This document shows, in pieces, positions 57,503 to 64,000 of a DNA stretch of 64,000 bases (the first letter of the stretch is position 1; every line of letters starts with the position of its first letter). The stretch is from Eledone cirrhosa (lineage: Eukaryota), in NCBI GenBank assembly GCA_964016885.1, contig OZ024740.1, positions 136,896,001 to 136,960,000 of the forward strand, read 5' to 3'. The translations under genes and the position numbers were made by a program. The notes beneath the pieces are model-generated. The model saw nothing but the letters and a program-made list of their open reading frames with translations. It did no database searches and was not told the origin of the DNA.

Positions 57503-58498
57503 CAATATAGACAGTTTTATAAATAAATAGATTTGACATACCGTTCAACAACGACTTGTATTTGAAAAAGTTGATTTGGCAGTGAAAAATTGTAAACAGA
57601 AAGAAAGAAAGAAAGAAAGAAGGAAAGAAAGAAAGAAAACGAAGAAAAAGAAGAAATGCATGCAACAAAATAGAGAGATGGAAAGATAGATAAAGAGAAG
57701 AACTTCATGTAAAGAAACAGAGAGAGATATATAGAGAGAGAGGAAATAGATAGAGATAGATATATATAGAGAAAAGTAGGTAGTTGAACATCCGTTGAAT
57801 GACGTATCAATGATACATTTATTTATTTATTTATTTATTTAGCTCTAGTATTAATGTAAGGGAGATATATGTGGTTAGGAAAGAAACCAGCCGTTATATA
57901 TAGAGAAAAAATGAAAAGTAACCAGACATAGGCGAGGCAGAATTTAAAAACCCTATGTTTCAATGTAGAAATATTAGTTCGTATAAAAACCAGGCACTAT
58001 AATGTAAATATCAGTATTCATGAGTGAGACACGTATCTATAATGTGTGAAAAGTAATGATCTTATGTCTAGTTTTAAAAATTCATATGTTTATATGATAA
58101 CTACAAACATCGATGTGAATTTACGTGATCAACTCTGCAAACTCCTATTTCACACGGAGAACATTCTCATTGTGCTATAAAAATTTAAGTATACATATAT
58201 GTGTATATATACACATATATATAGAGTCTATATTAATTTTAACAATACTATTCTTGTCTTTACTCTACATGATTATCTATCAAGCAGAAATAGAGAACAG
58301 ATTTCAATATATTAATAAAAAATATATCTATCTTTCCATCTCTCTATTTTGTTGCATGCATTTCTTCTTTTTCTTCGTTTTCTTTCTTTCTTTCTTTCTT
58401 TCTGTTTACAATTTTTCACTGCCAAATCAACTTTTTCAAATACAAGTCGTTGTTGAACGGTATGTCAAATCTATTTATTTATAAAACTGTCTATATTG

Positions 58499-58564
58499 TA
58501 TTTTGTCTGAAGAAGGCATAACATATTGTTAATATGATATCCCTGAAATATATATAATGAAATA
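58499..58564 (+). ncRNA. Type I minimal hammerhead ribozyme motif (inverted copy)
   Basis: Same motif as 57437-57502 on plus strand. Confidence 0.8.
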
Positions 58565-58604
58565 AATATGGTTTTATAAATATAGTTTCCATTTATTTAA
58601 TATC

Positions 58605-58654
<50 letters not shown>

Positions 58655-58657
<3 letters not shown>

Positions 58658-58880
58658 AGAGACGTTAACATGAATGGACCTGTTATTTTTATCTAAAGAC
58701 ATTTTTTCCAATTCCAACCCTCCCGTCCCTTCAATCTATCTTATTTCTCATTCTTTCTTCTGATGAAGCACTAGCGTCCGAAACGTTAAGACCCTCTTCC
58801 TGCTATATCAAGCGTTAACCTAATATATTCCTTCCATATACTGTACCGATTGTGTTGTTATTTGTTTACTTTTTTCATAC
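58655..58880 (+). mobile_element. Short PLE-type 3' fragment with degenerate hammerhead
   Basis: TCTT-CTGATGA-AGCACTAGCGTCC-GAAACGTT-AAGA; (TA)n flanks. Confidence 0.5.
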
Positions 58881-58903
58881 ATTATATATATATATATATT
58901 ATA

Positions 58904-58972
<69 letters not shown>

Positions 58973-58992
58973 TATATATATATAATATATAT

Positions 58993-59225
<233 letters not shown>

Positions 59226-60005
59226 TTACCCACTCTACTACCCTAAGTATTGAGTACTCTGGTGCGTTATGGCCCATCTGGTTTGTGTATATGTGAAGAT
59301 GTACGCGAACGCTGATGTGTCCTTGTATGCGTGTACGTGTGTGTCTGCGTGTGTGCGCATGTGCGTGCGTGTGAGACCGGATGTATGGGGGTATATAGGC
59401 ATTCGCCAGTGGACGAGTGTTGGTGTGTATATGGGTGTGGGTGTGCGTGGGTGTGTGTAAGAGAGGGAGTGTGTGTATATGTATATGGGTGTGTGTGTCT
59501 ACACATGTGTGCGTACATATGTGTATGCATATATATGTATGTGTCAGCGTGTGTGTGTATGTGTATGTGTATCTATATGTGTGTGTGTATGTGTGGGTAT
59601 ATATTCGCGAGTGTGAGCGGACTTGTGAGATACTAAACCCAGCATGAGTCCATTGAAGTGTGTCGGTCGGAGAGTAGCTGATGGCCAGTGTGGCAGCAAA
59701 TATTGACCAGAGTTTATGATGACGTAGAAAAACAACAGCCAATGGCAAGACAAGAGTGGAAGATGTTTTTTGAAGGTGTTTTTGAAGCTAACACCCCAGT
59801 GAGAAAATTTGCTCCGAAAGCATTGCATGTGTCCGAAGAACCCGCAGTTATAGAATCAGGCAGATCCATACAATGATCAAGGGATATTTAATTTGTTGGT
59901 AATTCAACAAATATATTTTTAACAGATTCGAAGCACTCGACAGATTTTCTGGAGTATAATATCAATGATATTAATATACGGAAACTATATTTATAAAACC
60001 ATATT

Positions 60006-60066
60006 TATTCTATTATATATATTTCAAGGGTACCAAAACTTTGGTACGCTCTCATCAGATAAAATA
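60006..60066 (-). ncRNA. Type I minimal hammerhead motif in a solo pLTR fragment (59950-60272, inverted ends)
   Basis: TATTTTAT-CTGATGA-[GAGCGTACCAA AGTT TTGGTACCCTT]-GAAA-T ATAT A-TA-ATAGAATA; flanks homologous to 57385-57540. Confidence 0.8.
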
Positions 60067-60268
60067 CAAAGTTTGTTTTATAAATAGTGACATACCCAGG
60101 AATCAGACCTTAACGGTTCAAGTTCCGTTTGGATAGTGAAAGGAAAGAGAGAAAAGGGGAAGAAAGGAAAAAAAACAAATATTTCAAATTATTTGTGATG
60201 AATATGTAAATGGAGTTGAAGCGTATGGAGTTGGTTTTATAAATATAGTTCCCATTTATTAATATCAT

Positions 60269-60347
<79 letters not shown>

Positions 60348-60522
60348 CAATTATATATAAACAAAGCGGGCGCTATAATAAGCGTCCGCTAAACTGATAC
60401 GTACATATATGTATGTGTACCTGTATGTATATATATATATATATATGTGTATATATATATATATATATGCATGCTACTGTACGTCTGTATACATATATGT
60501 ATGTACGTATACATACATACTT

Positions 60523-60565
<43 letters not shown>

Positions 60566-60622
60566 TAAAAAAATAATGAATAAAACAATGAAACAGTTCC
60601 TTATATTAAACAAAAAAAGTTC

Positions 60623-60771
60623 ATTATTTAACAATCGTTTCTAGGATATATATGTGTTAGAATTGGCATGCATATTCAACAGATCTATGTACAAAATTAT
60701 ACAAAATTATACAAACTATCAAAATTAAATATACATACCAAACACATATATATGCCGTCTTCAGAAATAAT
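60623..60771 (-). ncRNA. Hammerhead-like motif with very long stem II, within 60558-60835 inverted repeat
   Basis: ATTATTT-CTGAAGA-[~116-nt foldback]-GAAA-C GATT G-TT-AAATAAT. Confidence 0.6.
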
Positions 60772-60965
60772 CTTTTTTTGTTTAATATAAGGAACTATTT
60801 CATTGTTTTATTCATTATTTTTTTAATATTTTATCTTGACTCTGTATTCCGTTTATCTTTCACCGAAAGTGATTTTTCATTGCATCTCTTCTTTCCATGA
60901 TATCCGGATTACATTGAGTTCTTCATACGGATTGGACACTACCGTAAACTCTTGGTAGATTTATC

Positions 60966-61045
<80 letters not shown>

Positions 61046-61091
61046 GTATATAAATATATATATATATTATATATATACATATATATATATT

Positions 61092-61260
61092 GGTCCTGGG
61101 TATGACATTACACTACATCCAGTGACAAGGCTCCAGTTCGGGAGTTCAGGAGCTGTGGGGAATGTGGAGTTACCCCTTAGTTGTCATAACTCCCAGGTTT
61201 TCTTTGGTCCGGAGTAATAGTACCTGTTAGGGCCCCATTTATGGGTTAAATAATTACCTT
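61092..61260 (+). mobile_element. SINE-like interspersed repeat fragment
   Basis: CCTGGGTATGACA...ACTCCCAGGT...GTACCTGTTAGGG motif of a repeat type recalled from octopus DNA; not verified. Confidence 0.5.
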
Positions 61261-61409
61261 ATTCGAGTGGCGCCGGTAAGGTATTGTCAGCCATTGAAAA
61301 GAACTACGGAGAGTGTACTTAACAGCGCTAGGGTTGGAGCCCCTAACTACACTGTCAAGGAGCAGTCTGGTCGTTATGACTTTGCTGAGGAGTGTGATGA
61401 TTGGGAAGA

Positions 61410-63845
61410 TGAGCCAGCTCATCACCACATCAGCAGTGAAGAACATGACCAATGCTGCAGTAGGAGGAGTGGGTTTTGTTTTCAGCGCAAAAACCAATCT
61501 ATTGGTGAGGGAAATAACACCTATCACCCCGCGAGTGTTGAGGGTGACCTTCAATGGAAACCTAAGACTGACAGTCATCTCAGCCTATAGTCCAACCGAG
61601 CGAGACAGTGATGTGAGTGCGGAAGAGTTCCATGAGGAGGTGTGTAGAGCTGTCAACACCACACAAGCTCACAACATCCTGCTTGTTCTGGGGGACTTCA
61701 ACGCATATCTGAGTAAGGAGAGCAGTGAAAATCCTTGCTGGTACTTCCATAACAACACCAACCGAAATGGAAGATTACTGAGAGACACCCTGCTGGAGGC
61801 GAACTTGATAACAACCAACCTAAGGTTTAGGAAGAATCCGGGGAAGATGTGGACCTACATCTCAAATATGCACCTGTCCAAGTTCCAGATTGATTTCATT
61901 CTGGTGAGGAAAAAGTGGCGGAATAGTGTTCTGAACACAGAACCATACAACTATTTCAGTACACTGGGCAGTGACCACCGACTTGTTATGAGTGAAGTCC
62001 GAGTGAGCTTAAGAAAGAGAAAGGCTCAGCCCCGGAGAGCAATCTATGACTGGGGAGCTTTCAAGGAAGATGATAAGCTACAGGAGAGGTTCACAGTAGA
62101 AGTGAGGAACAGGTTCAGTGCTCTGTGTGGAGAGACAGAGGAGAGAGAGATTAGAGGGACTGAGGAGAGTGTGTGACGAGGAGGTACGAGTACTTAACCT
62201 ATGCAGTGACGGAAGCAAGTGAGACCCTGGTGCCGAGGAGAAAAAACAAGCGGAAGCACGTGAGCTCTGCAGAACAAGAGGAAGCACGTCAGATCCAGGG
62301 AACAGGGCCCGAGGATAGGAAGGGGAAATGGCTGGACCATAACCCTACAAGGAGAACCGCCCTCCACAGACCAGAACACCGGGGAGATCAGGCGGCTGTT
62401 TGAGGAACTGGATATTGAGACAGGGCCCTTCAACAGAGAGGAGCTTCAGAGAGCCAAGAAGAAGATCAAGGAGGACAAGGCTCATGGAGAAGATGGAGTG
62501 GCATCAGAGGTGATGAAGGGGTGTGATTTTGATGATATCATCCTGGAGTTCTGTAACCAGGCACTGGAGAAAGGAATTGCCCCGAATCAGTGGAGGATCA
62601 GTAACATCATCCCAGTGCCAAAGAAGGGAGATTTCTCTAACACCAACAACTACAGGGGGATCTCACTGACGTCACTTGTGGCAAAGACACTCACAGGATG
62701 ATTCTGAACAGGATCCAGCCCGAGATGCAGAAGAAGCTCAAGGACAACCAAAACGGATTCAGAGAGGGAAGATCAGCCACCAGTCATATCCTGATGCTGA
62801 GGAGGATATTAGAGGGAGCTAGACCAAAGTGCCTTCCTGCAGTCATGGTTTTCATTGACTTTAGGAAGGTCTTTGATTCTGTGGACCGTCAGTGCTTAAT
62901 GAAGATCTTACAGGCTTATGGAATCCCCAAGAAGATAGTGGACCTGATATCACTGCTCTACATCAACACCAAAGCCCAAATCTTTTCACCTGATGGGATG
63001 ACAGAGTTATTTGAGATACTAGCTGGAGTGCTCCAGGGAGATACATTGGCTCCCTACCTTTTTTATCATCGCAGTGGACTATTGTATGCGCCTTGCGCTG
63101 GAGAAACACCAGAGCAGGAGAGTTAAGGCGAAAAAGATATCGGATGCTGAATTTGCCGACGACATAGTTTTGGTGACAAACACAGTGAAGGAGGCAGAGG
63201 ATCTGATGCAGGAGGTGGAGACTGTCGATGAGTGTGGGGCTGAGAATGAATGAGACGAAATATCTGGTAGAGAATATTAAGAATCCAGATAAGATTACTA
63301 ATGTAGGCGGGAAGCCGCGAGAATTGGTTGAGGACTTCCTGTATTTGGGAGCAAAGATTAGGAATACGGAAGAGGATGTGGCCGAGGGGAAGAGCAAAGC
63401 CTGGGCGGCGTGCCACAGCTTGAGATCGGTGTGGAAGTCGGACCTTCGTTGCTGTAGTGGAGTCTGTGCTGCTGTACGGGTCTGAGACTTGGACACTGAC
63501 CAAGAAACTCACTCAGATGGTGGATGGGTGCTACACAAGAATGCTGAGGATGGCTCTGAACATTAATCAGTATATACTGAGGATGAAGAAATCAGAGCTG
63601 TACGAGAGCCTCCCAAAAGTCAGCTCAAAAGTGACACAAAGGAGACTGAGGTTAGCTGGACATGCTCACCGACATCCAGAGTTGACACTGCACTCAGTGC
63701 TCCTGTGGGAGCCCTTGCATGGACACACTGGAAGAGGAAGACCGAAGTTAATATATGTTGATGTCCTAAGGACAGACGCAGGACATGGCGGTGATGATGA
63801 GGGACAGAGACCGCTGGAGAGAACTCGTCCATGGATCTCGGGAAA
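61410..63845 (+). mobile_element. Decayed RTE-X-like LINE (APE + RT), frameshifted and internally deleted
   Basis: GGVGF, VISAYSPT, LGDFNA, QIDFIL, SDHRLV, PKKGD..NYRGISL, QNGFR, FIDFRKVFDSV, GVLQGDTLAPYLF, FADDI, LLYGSETW, RLRLAGH. Confidence 0.93.
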
Positions 63846-63849
63846 TTTA

Positions 63850-63912
<63 letters not shown>

Positions 63913-64000
63913 ATATATATTCAGGTTTGAGGTTCACCACTGTATAGAGCTGGTCTATTCTGTATGGTCAATCGTAATGTAATAATATAGAGAGTACTCA

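Larger units (their letters stand above)
53757..58606 (-). mobile_element. Near-complete Naiad-type Penelope-like element with direct pLTRs (53757-54536 / 57531-58325) and inverted 5' pLTR piece (58326-58606)
   Basis: Near-identical repeats visible; single long RT + GIY-YIG frame; two hammerheads. Confidence 0.95.

Overview
AT-rich, microsatellite-laden, intron-containing animal DNA. The SINE/LINE repertoire suggests a cephalopod, probably an octopus (inference). Most long ORFs in the track are (TA)n/(TACA)n/(CA)n artefacts. One host gene can be assembled on the minus strand: a signal-peptide exon (20668-20766) and two paralogous 192-nt phase 1-1 exons (6683-6874, 4246-4437). Together they encode a secreted ~154-aa protein with two atypical, expanded-loop Kunitz-like six-Cys domains. 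The rest is mobile DNA. It includes a near-complete Naiad-type Penelope-like element (single TGA in its YRDD motif), further PLE fragments and inverted-repeat derivatives, with five well-formed type I hammerhead ribozyme motifs and several degenerate ones. A 10.5-kb Buster/Charlie-type hAT element with intact TIRs and TSD splits a SINE and holds a second TSD-flanked hAT and other nested insertions. Also present are a decayed Helitron and its ~1-kb non-autonomous derivative, an RT-deleted L1/Tx1 element, R4/Dong, RTE and RTE-X LINE remnants, a ~600-bp RTE-derived non-autonomous family sitting in ATGT repeats, and many tRNA-derived SINEs. Family names rest on recognised motifs, not database searches, and repeat boundaries are approximate unless a TSD/TIR is quoted.
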